Shown here: piece after piece, positions 17,222 to 26,637 of the stretch | Numbering within the stretch: the stretch's first letter is position 1 | Layout: each line of letters opens with the position of its first letter | NCBI GenBank assembly: GCA_045601385.1 | Contig: JAZRZM010000049.1 | Location: 5,874 to 69,873 of the forward strand | Direction of reading: 5' to 3' | Length of the DNA: 64,000 nucleotides | Source: Clostridia bacterium | GTDB lineage: Bacteria > Bacillota > Clostridia > Christensenellales > DTU072 | Notes under the pieces: model-generated | The model's database searches: none | Seen by the model: only the letters and a program-made list of their open reading frames with translations | What the model was told of the DNA's origin: nothing | Position numbers and translations under genes: made by a program

Positions 17222-17977
17222 TTATTCGTTTTCGTAGTAGTAGCGGTTGCGGTGTTTTCCTTTTTTGGGAATAAAAAGCACGATCAGAATGACGATAAGG
17301 ACGACGCCGACGCCACCGATGACGATGATTTTTACCACGTCGCTTTTGTCGGCTTCCTGAATCGGTTGCGAGGTCGGTTCGGTCGTTTGGGGAATATTTC
17401 CCGTCGGTTCGTCCGTTTTTTCTTTTTCGGGTATAAACGGTTCTATGACGACGGACGGGGTGTCGCATAGGGACGAAAGGACATATCCGCGCGCTTCTCC
17501 GTAGCCGACATAGTACCACGTTTCATCCGATATTGGGTAACTGCCGAGGTAGGTAAAGGGTTCCGATACCGGTATTTGCGGACAGTTTTCGTCTTCGGCG
17601 AGTTCGGGCGAAGAGCGCATGCGCAGGGCGGAAAAGGAGGCGTATTTCGGCGAAACGTGCATTGTTTTTGCGGTGCCGTTTGCTTCGGCGTGGTAACCGG
17701 TCGTTTGTACCAGACTGCGTGCGACTTTTCCCGTGACGCCGTTAAAACAGACGGTATAATAACTCTCGTCCATTCCGGTTATGGCGGCGAAATAGGTCTC
17801 GGGCAAAAGAAAAAGTCTCCGCCCCGTTTCGCTGTCGAGCAGCCATACTTCTTTTGCGATGATAATATAGGGGTTTCCTGCGGCGACGCACGGTTCGTTT
17901 GAAAAAGAGCCGCACGGAAAAAAAGTGCCGACAAAAAGGACATAGAGTACGGTTGCGACAGAGAGTATCCGTTTCAT
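17222..17977 (-). CDS. secreted/membrane-anchored protein with SH3b-like repeats
   Basis: N-terminal signal peptide MKRILSVATVLYVLFVGTFF and C-terminal TM VVKIIVIGGVGVVLIVILIVLFI followed by KKGKHRNR. Two SH3_3-like segments (e.g. MRSSPELAEDENCPQIPVSEPFTYLGSYPISDETWYYVGYGEARGYV). Confidence 0.6.
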   Translation of the reverse strand: MKRILSVATVLYVLFVGTFFPCGSFSNEPCVAAGNPYIIIAKEVWLLDSETGRRLFLLPETYFAAITGMDESYYTVCFNGVTGKVARSLVQTTGYHAEANGTAKTMHVSPKYASFSALRMRSSPELAEDENCPQIPVSEPFTYLGSYPISDETWYYVGYGEARGYVLSSLCDTPSVVIEPFIPEKEKTDEPTGNIPQTTEPTSQPIQEADKSDVVKIIVIGGVGVVLIVILIVLFIPKKGKHRNRYYYENE

Positions 17978-18030
17978 ACGTACGAACAGTATAACGCCTT
18001 TTTACCGAAAAAAATGTCTGTAAAAAAAGA

Positions 18031-18054
18031 AAAAAAGCGGATTTCCGCTTTTTT
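18031..18054. terminator. bidirectional rho-independent terminator
   Basis: AAAAAAGCGG-ATTT-CCGCTTTTTT, a perfect 10-bp stem flanked by A/T runs, immediately downstream of the acetyltransferase gene. Confidence 0.75.
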
Positions 18055-18088
18055 GACAAGGGACAAAAATACGCTTTTTGTTCGCGGA

Positions 18089-18817
18089 TTATTTTTGAAA
18101 CAGTCTGTTTTTCATCATATATTGATTATACTCGGCGGGGTTTTGTCCGTGTCGCAGGCGCATCGGCTTTGCGGGGACGCCGGAAACAAGGGTAAAGTCA
18201 TCCACGCTTTTTGTGACGACGGATCCTGTCGCTACGATCGCGCCTTTTCCGACGATGATACCGGGTAGAATCGTGCAGTTTGTGTAGAGTTTGGCATAGT
18301 CCGAAATATGTACGGGGGCGTAAGAGCGGACCATGTGGTCGATTTCGGAATGAGAGTGGGTAAAAATCTTGACGTATTCGGTCATCATCGCAAAGTCGCC
18401 GAACGTAACGCCGCCCTTGCTGTCAACGTAGCAACCCATATTCCAGGATACGTTTTCGCCTACTTCGATGTTTTCGCCGAAGTTGAATCGACATCCCTCG
18501 GCGGCGACAAAGCCGTCTCCGCATTTTTTGAACAGTTTTTTGGCGATAAGTTGGCGGTAAGGGATAGCGAAAGCGCAGTTGATCCCGATAGGGGATTTGT
18601 CGATAAGTTCCCACAAAATATGCAGGTTCCGCTTTTCTTCGGTGTGTCCGATTTCATCCGAAAGGGGCATATAGTCGTTCCAAAGCCGATATTCCGACAA
18701 GTCCTCCGCGCTTACGGATAAACCGATCTCGGAAAGGACGCGCGAAGCGTTCGGACAGGTGACAGGTTCTGTCAAAATTTTTTGTATTCTATCGAGTTTT
18801 TCGGATACGACGCTCAT
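18089..18817 (-). CDS. left-handed beta-helix (hexapeptide repeat) acyl/acetyltransferase
   Basis: Hexapeptide-repeat region GENIEVGENVSWNMGCYVDSKGGVTFGDFAMM ... CTILPGIIVGKGAIVATGSVVTKSVDDFTLVSGVPAKP. Confidence 0.7.
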   Translation of the reverse strand: MSVVSEKLDRIQKILTEPVTCPNASRVLSEIGLSVSAEDLSEYRLWNDYMPLSDEIGHTEEKRNLHILWELIDKSPIGINCAFAIPYRQLIAKKLFKKCGDGFVAAEGCRFNFGENIEVGENVSWNMGCYVDSKGGVTFGDFAMMTEYVKIFTHSHSEIDHMVRSYAPVHISDYAKLYTNCTILPGIIVGKGAIVATGSVVTKSVDDFTLVSGVPAKPMRLRHGQNPAEYNQYMMKNRLFQK

Positions 18818-18831
18818 TTTACACCTTTTTT

Positions 18832-19272
18832 TTATAATTTGTCACCGTCGACGAGAGGCGTTATTTTTATTTCGCCGTCTTCCCGTTCGGGCGCGGCGGT
18901 CGGTTTGATTTTTGCGTCTATGACGGGCAAAAAGTAAGGCGGCATGCCGGCGTTGACGATCATCGTGGAGACGGTGGAGCGTAAATAGGGATACAAAAAG
19001 TTCGTCCCCTGCATACGGAGCGAGTCGATGTCGGTCATTTGTGTAATGACAAACTGTCCGAAAATTTTGACCGAAAAGTCGAACGGCGTCGGTTTTTCTT
19101 CGGTGTTTTCCACTTTCGACGACAGGATCAGAAAGTAGTTTTCTTTTTCGATTTTCAATTCCACACGAATTTGCGGAACGATTTGAAAATTGCGCGTCTC
19201 GGCGGCGACGCGATCGTTGCGACGAAATGCCATTTCTTCCACGCGGTATTGTATGAATCTTAGGTTTTCCAT
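18832..19272 (-). CDS. SecB-like chaperone family protein
   Basis: 146 aa. NFQIVPQIRVELKI ... GTNFLYPYLRSTVSTMIVNAGMPPYFLPVIDAKI aligns by eye with the E. coli SecB block [33 protein letters not shown]. Acidic C-terminal tail. Confidence 0.65.
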   Translation of the reverse strand: MENLRFIQYRVEEMAFRRNDRVAAETRNFQIVPQIRVELKIEKENYFLILSSKVENTEEKPTPFDFSVKIFGQFVITQMTDIDSLRMQGTNFLYPYLRSTVSTMIVNAGMPPYFLPVIDAKIKPTAAPEREDGEIKITPLVDGDKL

Positions 19273-19285
19273 TTTTCTCCGTCAC

Positions 19286-19690
19286 TCAAATGTTAATGTC
19301 GTTTGTTCCGATCAGTTTTTCCGCTTCGTCGGTTTTGTCTACGCGGAAAATCATATATGCCTTGTTTTTCTCCGCCGAGGGGAAAGCGTATGCATATTCG
19401 ATGGAAATGCCCGCGTCCGACAGTTTTTTGACCGCGCTCGCAAGACCTCCCGGACGGTCGTCCACGGTAGATACGACGACCTCGTTTACCTTAATGGTGT
19501 AGCCGCCTTTTTTCAGCATTTCCGCCGCGCTGTCGGGATCGGAAACAATAACGCGCAGTATGCCGTACGTGATGGTGTCGGCAATGGACAATGAGCGCAG
19601 GTTAATGCCGCAACGAGCCAAAAAATCCGCCGTTTCGGCGAGTTTTCCGCCTTCGTTTTCTACCATGATGGAAATCTGTTTTATTTTCAT
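19286..19690 (-). CDS. ACT domain-containing protein
   Basis: 134 aa with two ACT-like halves (ISIMVENEGGKLAETADFLARCGINLRSLSI; VVSTVDDRPGGLASAVKKLSDAGISIEYAYAF). This is the usual partner of PaaK in anaerobes. Confidence 0.75.
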   Translation of the reverse strand: MKIKQISIMVENEGGKLAETADFLARCGINLRSLSIADTITYGILRVIVSDPDSAAEMLKKGGYTIKVNEVVVSTVDDRPGGLASAVKKLSDAGISIEYAYAFPSAEKNKAYMIFRVDKTDEAEKLIGTNDINI

Positions 19691-19754
19691 CTTTTACTCC
19701 TTTATTCGATACATAATCACTTTATGACGGGTGACGTCGGGATATAATCGCTTT

Positions 19755-21059
19755 TCAGTCGATCAGATTCCGTTTATCGACGACGCGCTTTGCCTTGTTT
19801 TCGCTTCTTTCGATCGAGCCTACCGGCACGAGGTGGACTTTTGCGCCGATACCGATCATATTACGGATAGCGAGCGTCAAGGCTTTTTCTTTTTCGGCGA
19901 TTTCGCGGACGGTGTCGGAAAAATCTTCGGATGACAGTTCGGTATAGACGTCGAGCGTGTCGTTGTTATCGACGCGGTCTACTTCGATGCGGTAGTTCGG
20001 CGCGTAACCGAGGGACAGAAGCACCGTTTCGATTTGGGAGGGGAAGACGTTTACGCCGCGAATAATCAGCATGTCGTCCGATCTTCCCATCGGTTTTGCC
20101 ATTTTGATAAACGTTCTTCCGCAAGAGCATTTTTCCCGTTTCAATACGCAGATGTCCCGCGTGCGATACCGCAGCATCGGAAAAGCCTCTTTGTCCAGCG
20201 CGGTAAAGACGAGTTCACCTTTTTCGCCCTCGGGCAGGACCTCTCCCGTCTCCGGATTGATGATCTCGGCGATAAAGTGGTCTTCGTTGATGTGCATTCC
20301 GTTTTGTTCGCAACATTCAAAAGCGACGCCGGGACCGCTCAATTCGGTCAGTCCGTAAATGTCGTACGCCTTGATGCCGAGAGACTGTTCTATGCTTTTG
20401 CGCATGGCTTCCGTCCAGGGTTCCGCGCCGAAAATACCTATTTTTAAGGGGTTTTGTTCGGGTTTTATGCCCATATTTGCCAGCGTTTCTCCGATATATG
20501 CGGCGTAGGAAGGGGTGCAACAAAGTATGGTCGCGCCCAGGTCCTGCATAAACTGTATTTGCCTTTCGGTGTTTCCGCTCGACATAGGAAGCGTCATGCA
20601 ACCGACTTTTTGCGAACCGCCGTGGACGCCCATACCGCCCGTAAAGAGCCCGTATCCGTATGCGATTTCGCAGGTGTCTTCTTTGCTTCCCCCCGCCGCT
20701 ACGATGGCGCGCGCACAGCAGTCTTCCCACAGGTCGAGATCGTGTTGCGTATAAAAGGCGATGACTCTTTTCCCCGTCGTTCCGCTCGTCGAATGGATGC
20801 ATACGACCTCCGACTTCGGTACGGCGAGAAAACCGTCCGGATAGGCTTCGCGCAGGTCGTGTTTGGACATAAAAGGCAGTTTATTAAGGTCGTCGATAGA
20901 ATGAATATCGGACGGTTTTACGCCTTTTTTATCCATTAAATCGCGAATATACGCCACGTTTTCGTACGCGTGTTTGACTTGTTTAACAAGTTTTTCGCTC
21001 TGCGTCGCCTTGATTTGTTCGACCGAAGCGCATTCGATTTCCGGTTGAAAATAGTTCAT
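19755..21059 (-). CDS. paaK: phenylacetate-CoA ligase family protein
   Basis: Start MNYFQPEIE (seventh codon of the track ORF). HSTSGTTGKR AMP-binding motif. The PaaK-type N-terminus (IRDLMDKKGVKPSDIHSIDDLNKLPFMSKHDLREAYP) and C-terminus (RSENKAKRVVDKR) are present. Confidence 0.85.
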   Translation of the reverse strand: MNYFQPEIECASVEQIKATQSEKLVKQVKHAYENVAYIRDLMDKKGVKPSDIHSIDDLNKLPFMSKHDLREAYPDGFLAVPKSEVVCIHSTSGTTGKRVIAFYTQHDLDLWEDCCARAIVAAGGSKEDTCEIAYGYGLFTGGMGVHGGSQKVGCMTLPMSSGNTERQIQFMQDLGATILCCTPSYAAYIGETLANMGIKPEQNPLKIGIFGAEPWTEAMRKSIEQSLGIKAYDIYGLTELSGPGVAFECCEQNGMHINEDHFIAEIINPETGEVLPEGEKGELVFTALDKEAFPMLRYRTRDICVLKREKCSCGRTFIKMAKPMGRSDDMLIIRGVNVFPSQIETVLLSLGYAPNYRIEVDRVDNNDTLDVYTELSSEDFSDTVREIAEKEKALTLAIRNMIGIGAKVHLVPVGSIERSENKAKRVVDKRNLID

Positions 21060-21328
21060 ATAAAAATAAGTCCTCACTCCGATTCGCGGAATATTTACCG
21101 TTTTTCGATTTTTTTAATTATCATATCATTTTCACGTTGTCGTGTCAAATTTTATCCCGTTTTTTTTATAAAAAAAGGGCTTTTGCGACAGTCGCAAAAG
21201 GTATTATTACCCGTTTGCGGCGAAATATAGTTTTTCCGTAGGAAAAAGCGCACGAAAAGTTGACGGAGAAAAAAAATAGTGATACTCTATAAAGAGATTT
21301 TATCATATACATATAAGGAGTTACGGAT

Positions 21329-22330
21329 ATGAAAGAATATAATGTGGCTGTTGTCGGCGCAACCGGCATGGTCGGAAACAAATTTTTGCAAGTGCTTACC
21401 GAAAAGAAATTGCCGGTCAAGAACTATTATCTCTTCGCCTCGGCAAAGAGCGCGGGCAAAGTCATCTCGTTTATGGGCAAGGACCATACCGTCATCGAAC
21501 TGACCAAAGAAAATATCCTCGATAAGGATATCGACTTCGCTTTGTTCAGTGCCGGCGGCAGTACGTCGAAAGAGTTTGCGCCCGTTTTTGCCGAACACGG
21601 TACGATCGTTATCGATAATTCCAGTCAATGGCGTATGGATCCGAACGTCCCGTTGATCGTGCCCGAAGTCAATGCCGAAGACGCGAAAAAACATCATAAC
21701 ATCATCGCAAACCCCAACTGCTCTACCATTCAGGCGGTCGTCGCTCTGAAACCGCTTCACGAAAAGTACGGCATCAAGCGCGTCGTGTATTCTACCTATC
21801 AGGCGGTCAGCGGCGCGGGCGTCGCCGGATATAACGACCTCGTCAGTCAGGCAAAAGAGGGCGAAACCAAAAAGTTCCCGTACCCGATTTTCGGAAACTG
21901 TATCCCGCATATCGACGTTTTCCTCCCCAACGGTTATACCAAAGAGGAAGAAAAAATGATTAACGAAACCAAAAAGATTCTGAACGATTATTCGATGAAA
22001 ATCACCGCGACGACCGTTCGCGTACCCGTGCGTTACGGTCACAGCGAATCGATCAATATCGAATTCAATAAGCCGTGCACCCTCGAAGGTATCCGCGAGT
22101 GCTTCGCTTCTCAAAAAGGGATCGTCGTCGTCGACGACGTCGCAAACGGCAAGTATCCTATGCCGCTGTACGCCGAAGACACCGACGACGTTTACGTCGG
22201 TCGTATCCGTCTGGACGATACCGTTGAAAGCGGCTGCAACATTTGGGTTGTCGCGGACAATATCCGTAAGGGCGCGGCTACGAACGCCGTTCAGATCCTC
22301 GAATATCTGATCGCCGAGGATAATAAGTAA
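21329..22330 (+). CDS. asd: aspartate-semialdehyde dehydrogenase
   Basis: VAVVGATGMVGNKF NAD(P) motif, active-site block IANPNCSTI, length 333 aa. AAGGAG RBS. Confidence 0.9.
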   Translation: MKEYNVAVVGATGMVGNKFLQVLTEKKLPVKNYYLFASAKSAGKVISFMGKDHTVIELTKENILDKDIDFALFSAGGSTSKEFAPVFAEHGTIVIDNSSQWRMDPNVPLIVPEVNAEDAKKHHNIIANPNCSTIQAVVALKPLHEKYGIKRVVYSTYQAVSGAGVAGYNDLVSQAKEGETKKFPYPIFGNCIPHIDVFLPNGYTKEEEKMINETKKILNDYSMKITATTVRVPVRYGHSESINIEFNKPCTLEGIRECFASQKGIVVVDDVANGKYPMPLYAEDTDDVYVGRIRLDDTVESGCNIWVVADNIRKGAATNAVQILEYLIAEDNK

Positions 22331-23073
22331 TGAAGATACTCGTTTACGGTGTGGGCGGCACCATGGGGCGCTTCGTCGTCCGTTCTGCCGAAGAAAGGGG
22401 CGTAACCGTCGCATGCGGCGTGGATAAGTACTATGTCGGCTCCGACTATGCGTTCCCCGTCTACAAGGACTGCTCCGCTATCGCCGAAAAACCCGATTGT
22501 ATCATTGATTTTTCGGTGCCGCAGGGCATATACGACTATTTGCCGTACGCCGTAAAGAACGGCATTCCGTGCGTTATCGCGACGACGGGTTTTGCGCCCG
22601 AAGACGAAAAATATATCGCAGACGCGGCAAAAAAAATCGCTGTACTCAAATCGGGCAACCTCTCGTACGGTATCAATCTTCTGTTGCACCTGACCAAGGA
22701 AGCGGCAAAAGCGACCGCGGAAAAAGCGGAAATCGAGATTATCGAACAGCATCACGATAAAAAAGCGGACGCGCCCAGCGGCACGGCTCTTCTTCTTGCC
22801 GACGGAATCAAGTCCGTTTTGCCCGAACGCGAAAACAAACTCGGTCGGAGCGGAAAAGGAAAGCGCACCAAGAACGAAATCGGTATCCACGCCATACGCG
22901 GCGGTACTGTGGTCGGCAAGCACTCCGTCCTTTTTATGATGGACGGCGAGGTCATCACTTTGACGCACGAAGCCGAAAACAAGTCCATCTTGTCGGGTGG
23001 CAGTCTCACCGCGGCGGAGTTTATCGTTCGGCAAAAACCCGGTTTGTACACATCCGCCGATATGTTTAAGTAA
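22330..23073 (+). CDS. dapB: 4-hydroxy-tetrahydrodipicolinate reductase
   Basis: MKILVYGVGGTMGR and the DapB signature EIIEQHHDKKADAPSGTAL. The start overlaps the asd stop. Confidence 0.9.
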   Translation: MKILVYGVGGTMGRFVVRSAEERGVTVACGVDKYYVGSDYAFPVYKDCSAIAEKPDCIIDFSVPQGIYDYLPYAVKNGIPCVIATTGFAPEDEKYIADAAKKIAVLKSGNLSYGINLLLHLTKEAAKATAEKAEIEIIEQHHDKKADAPSGTALLLADGIKSVLPERENKLGRSGKGKRTKNEIGIHAIRGGTVVGKHSVLFMMDGEVITLTHEAENKSILSGGSLTAAEFIVRQKPGLYTSADMFK

Positions 23074-23093
23074 GTTTTTTTTCGGGAAAAAAC

Positions 23094-23133
23094 AAAAGCC
23101 TTGCCGTTTCATTTTTCGGCAAGGCTTTTTTTA
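23094..23133. terminator. bidirectional rho-independent terminator after dapB / after the convergent lipoprotein gene
   Basis: Stem AAAAGCCTTGCCG (23094-23106) / CGGCAAGGCTTTT (23117-23129) followed by a T-run. Confidence 0.85.
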
Positions 23134-23145
23134 TGAAGCGTTCGG

Positions 23146-24864
23146 TTATTCAAGCGATTCCAGATACAATTCCACGTCGCTTTTTTCCAGGCGTTTTTCG
23201 GCGTCTTTATCGGCTTCTTGCAGCATGGCGACGACGTTTTTGACAATGTCGGAAGATTCGTTTACCGTGGTCAGGAAGGATACGCCGAGATCGATATTAT
23301 ATATGATTTGGTTCGTCTTGATATAGTCCTGTAATTCGAGAATACCGTTCGTGCCTTTCAGCGTGTCCTGTTTGGTTAGCAGGTTGCCGAACTTGCAGAA
23401 GAGGTCGAAGTCGAAAAACACGTTTGTAAAAAAGTCTTCGGTAATGGAAAAACGCAAAGTGCTTTTCTTGAACGTGACGCTTCTGATAACATACGCGAGC
23501 GCGTTGTAGACGTCAAACTTTTTCGTTTCGGTAAGTCCGATATTCTCGTTTTGTCCGTTCAGAACGGCAAAATCGCTTGTAAGTACGCGCATAGCAAGGT
23601 CGCCGAGATTATAAATCTCAAACGAACAGAGATAGCCGGACGAATAGAAATAAACTTTTTTATCGTAAAAATACACGCCGCGCGTCATCACGTCTTGCCC
23701 GTTCAGATATTCGCAGAAAATAAAATTATCTTCGTCGTTTGCCTGAAACATCTTTGTCGTGGCGCGCATGGTATAGGTGTTCGCCGAGCCGGTATCGTTG
23801 TATTCGCTGAGCGGAATGGATACCGAATAGATACCGTCTTTGTAGGACTTAAACTTTTCGCGTTCGGCGACGTGGGACGTTTGCGCAAAGGGAATGGCTA
23901 TTGCCGAATAGTCGTTTCCGAACGATATTTTTTCGGCGGAAACAGCCACGTTCAGATCGTGACCTTGGAAGAGTTTGTTTTTGGACTGTGATGTTTTTAT
24001 AATAAAATCAAACGAAAGTGCGGAAATGACGCCTTTTTTCGTTTCAAAATAAAGGTTCATCGAGCCTTCGGGCAGGTTGCGTTTTACTACGTCGATTTCT
24101 TCCACGCCGAAGATATTGGCGATAAACTTTTGAAGGCGCGCCGCTTCCTTTGCGTCTTTGACAAAGGTGGACAGTTTTTCGGACAGTTGATAGACGCTTT
24201 CGGCAAGATTGATGTCGAGCGAAAAACTGTATTCGTCGGTGCTTCTGCGATACTTGCCGACGGTCGGACTGTCGGTGACGACGCAGGTGGCAAGTCCCAT
24301 GGCGATCGTCGAAAGCATGGCGTTTCCGGTGGGATTATTCATTTCGTACGGGAAAAAGTCCTGTTCCCAAAAAGTGTCGGGCAAGTCGATACTGATTTTG
24401 TTATCGTTCCCGGCGGATACGTAAATCACGTTTTTGTAAATATACGCCGCGATCGAACAAAACTCCGGTTTGGCGGATTCGTCGGTAAATATCTCCGCCG
24501 AAAGAATGGTCGTTTCTTTCGGAGAGTCGGTTTTGTATTTGGCTTTGAGAACAAGCCAAACCGCAGTGTCGTCGCACTTGATTTTGATTTTCGCGTCGGC
24601 GGTGAGGACGTTATTTTTTTTGCGAATGGATTCTTTTGAACCTTGATAAGCGACTCCGGCGCACCCGACGACAAGGTTCTGATAGACGTCCCGCGTGCTG
24701 TCGAGCGTTTCCCAACCGTTTTTTTCCTCGGCAGAGGGCGTTTCGGTCGGTTTTTTATCGTCGCCGCCGTTATCTCCGCCAAAGAGAGAACAGGAACAAA
24801 GGGTAAGACATAAAGTCAGTACAGTAAAAAGCATTACAAAAACCGTTATTTTTTTTGTACGCAT
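23146..24864 (-). CDS. large lipoprotein of unknown function
   Basis: GGAGG RBS. Lipobox in MRTKKITVFVMLFTVLTLCLTLCSC. 572 aa with no domain I recognise. Confidence 0.65.
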   Translation of the reverse strand: MRTKKITVFVMLFTVLTLCLTLCSCSLFGGDNGGDDKKPTETPSAEEKNGWETLDSTRDVYQNLVVGCAGVAYQGSKESIRKKNNVLTADAKIKIKCDDTAVWLVLKAKYKTDSPKETTILSAEIFTDESAKPEFCSIAAYIYKNVIYVSAGNDNKISIDLPDTFWEQDFFPYEMNNPTGNAMLSTIAMGLATCVVTDSPTVGKYRRSTDEYSFSLDINLAESVYQLSEKLSTFVKDAKEAARLQKFIANIFGVEEIDVVKRNLPEGSMNLYFETKKGVISALSFDFIIKTSQSKNKLFQGHDLNVAVSAEKISFGNDYSAIAIPFAQTSHVAEREKFKSYKDGIYSVSIPLSEYNDTGSANTYTMRATTKMFQANDEDNFIFCEYLNGQDVMTRGVYFYDKKVYFYSSGYLCSFEIYNLGDLAMRVLTSDFAVLNGQNENIGLTETKKFDVYNALAYVIRSVTFKKSTLRFSITEDFFTNVFFDFDLFCKFGNLLTKQDTLKGTNGILELQDYIKTNQIIYNIDLGVSFLTTVNESSDIVKNVVAMLQEADKDAEKRLEKSDVELYLESLE

Positions 24865-24896
24865 ATTCGTTTACCTCCGCTGATTGTTTTTTGTGT

Positions 24897-26621
24897 CTAT
24901 TTCAGTTTCTCCATTTCCGTGTTGATGATATTTTGTACGTATGCCGTTACGTCGCCCAAAGCGACGTTTTCGTTTACCGATTTATCTCTTGTACAGACTT
25001 CCGCCGTGCCTTGGGTAAGACCGCGCGGACTTATCACGACGCGGATAGGAAGTCCCATCAGGTCGCAGTCGGAGAACTTGTATCCCGCCGAGACGTCTCT
25101 GTCGTCGAAGAGGACTTCGATACCGGCGTTTTTCAGTTCTTCATAGATTCTTTCCGATTCTTTACGGACGTTTTCGTCATCGAGGCGCAGACCGCAAAGG
25201 TAGACGTGCCACGGGCAGATGCTCATCGGCCAGATGAGTCCCTTGTCGTCGTGACTTTCTTCGGCGACCGAAGCGAGCGCCCTGCCGATACCGATGCCGT
25301 AGCAACCCATGATCGGGTTGAAGCCGACGCCGTCTTTGCCGAGGACGGTCATATTCATCGCTTTGGTGTACTTGGTGCCGAGTTGGAAAATGTTGCCGAC
25401 TTCGATACCGTTTTCGAGGGTGAGCGGTTTGCCGCAAACGGGACAAACGTCTCCGGCGCAAACTTTGGATATATCGACGAATTCCACGTCTTTTACGTCG
25501 CGGTCAAAGTCGATACCCGTCAGGTGGTAGCCGTCTTTATTGGCTCCGCCGACGATATTGTTCGCACCGCGTAAGGATTCGTCATAATATACGCCGGCAA
25601 GTGTGGACGCGTCCAGCCCGACGCAACCGATATTGCCCGCGTGCAATACGTCCGAACCGGTGATGTCGGCGGGGACGATCTGACTTTTCAGAATTTTGGT
25701 CAGTTTGCTTTCGTTGATTTCAAGGTCGCCGCGGACAAAGCATACGACGACTTTTTCGGTGCCTTTCAAGAAGTAGCAGACCGCTTTTGCCGTTTTTTCT
25801 TTGGAAATACCGAGGAAAGCGCATACTTCGTCGATGTCGTGCGCCTCGCCGGTAAATACCTCTTGCAAGGGCGCGGAGACTTCGTCGCGTACCGTTTTGC
25901 GCACGGTGGTCGCCACTTCCATATTGGCTTTGTAGCCGCATTCGGGACAGATGACGATCGTGTCTTCGCCGATGCCGGTAAGGAGCATGAATTCGTGCGC
26001 GATACTGCCGCCCATCATGCCGGTGTCGGACTTGACGGCGACCACTCTCTTCATGCCGATGCGACGGAAGACGTTTTCGTACGCTTTGTAGGCGCGATCG
26101 TAGTATTTTTGCAGATCTTCCATATCGTTATGGAAAGAATAGGCGTCTTTCATGATGAATTCGCGCACGCGGATCAAACCGCCGCGGCTTCTCGCCTCGT
26201 CGCGGAACTTCGTCTGAAACTGATAAATCATAAAGGGCAGTTGCTGATAACTGTTGACGGCGTCGCGTGAAAACTGTACGGCGGCTTCTTCGTGCGTCAT
26301 ACCGAGGACCATATCGCGCCCGGCGCGGTCCTTAAAGCGAACCATCTCGTCGCCGATGGAAAAGTATCTTCCGCTTTCCGCCCAAAGGTCCTTGGGCATT
26401 ACGACGGGGAAAGAGACTTCCTGTCCGTCGATTTTGTTCATTTCGTCGCGAATGATCGCTTCGATTTTTTGCGCGACGCGTTTTGCGGGCATGGCAAGCG
26501 ACCAGATACCGTTGCTGACGAGTTTGATGTATCCGGCTCGTACAAGCAAAGCGTGGCTCGCCGCCGTTGCGTCCGCAGGCGACGTCTTGGTGCGTTCGCC
26601 TACCAATTTTGACAATAACAT
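24897..26621 (-). CDS. proS: proline--tRNA ligase (bacterial type with editing insertion)
   Basis: N-terminus MLLSKLVGERTKTSPADATAASHALLVRAGYI. Class II motifs (FRDEARSRGGLIRVREF; GCYGIGIGR). 574 aa. Confidence 0.9.
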   Translation of the reverse strand: MLLSKLVGERTKTSPADATAASHALLVRAGYIKLVSNGIWSLAMPAKRVAQKIEAIIRDEMNKIDGQEVSFPVVMPKDLWAESGRYFSIGDEMVRFKDRAGRDMVLGMTHEEAAVQFSRDAVNSYQQLPFMIYQFQTKFRDEARSRGGLIRVREFIMKDAYSFHNDMEDLQKYYDRAYKAYENVFRRIGMKRVVAVKSDTGMMGGSIAHEFMLLTGIGEDTIVICPECGYKANMEVATTVRKTVRDEVSAPLQEVFTGEAHDIDEVCAFLGISKEKTAKAVCYFLKGTEKVVVCFVRGDLEINESKLTKILKSQIVPADITGSDVLHAGNIGCVGLDASTLAGVYYDESLRGANNIVGGANKDGYHLTGIDFDRDVKDVEFVDISKVCAGDVCPVCGKPLTLENGIEVGNIFQLGTKYTKAMNMTVLGKDGVGFNPIMGCYGIGIGRALASVAEESHDDKGLIWPMSICPWHVYLCGLRLDDENVRKESERIYEELKNAGIEVLFDDRDVSAGYKFSDCDLMGLPIRVVISPRGLTQGTAEVCTRDKSVNENVALGDVTAYVQNIINTEMEKLK

Positions 26622-26637
26622 ATTTTTATCTCCGTAT

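Noticed and set aside
18089-19272. Toxin-antitoxin-chaperone (TAC) module around the SecB-like gene
   Set aside because: The neighbouring genes are an ACT-domain protein and a hexapeptide acyltransferase. No HigB/HigA, MqsR/MqsA or HicAB-like small ORFs are present.
21078-21328. Lysine (L-box) riboswitch upstream of asd-dapB
   Set aside because: The plausible promoter (TTGACG at 21260) leaves only a ~40-50-nt leader, and none of the conserved L-box helices or motifs is visible.
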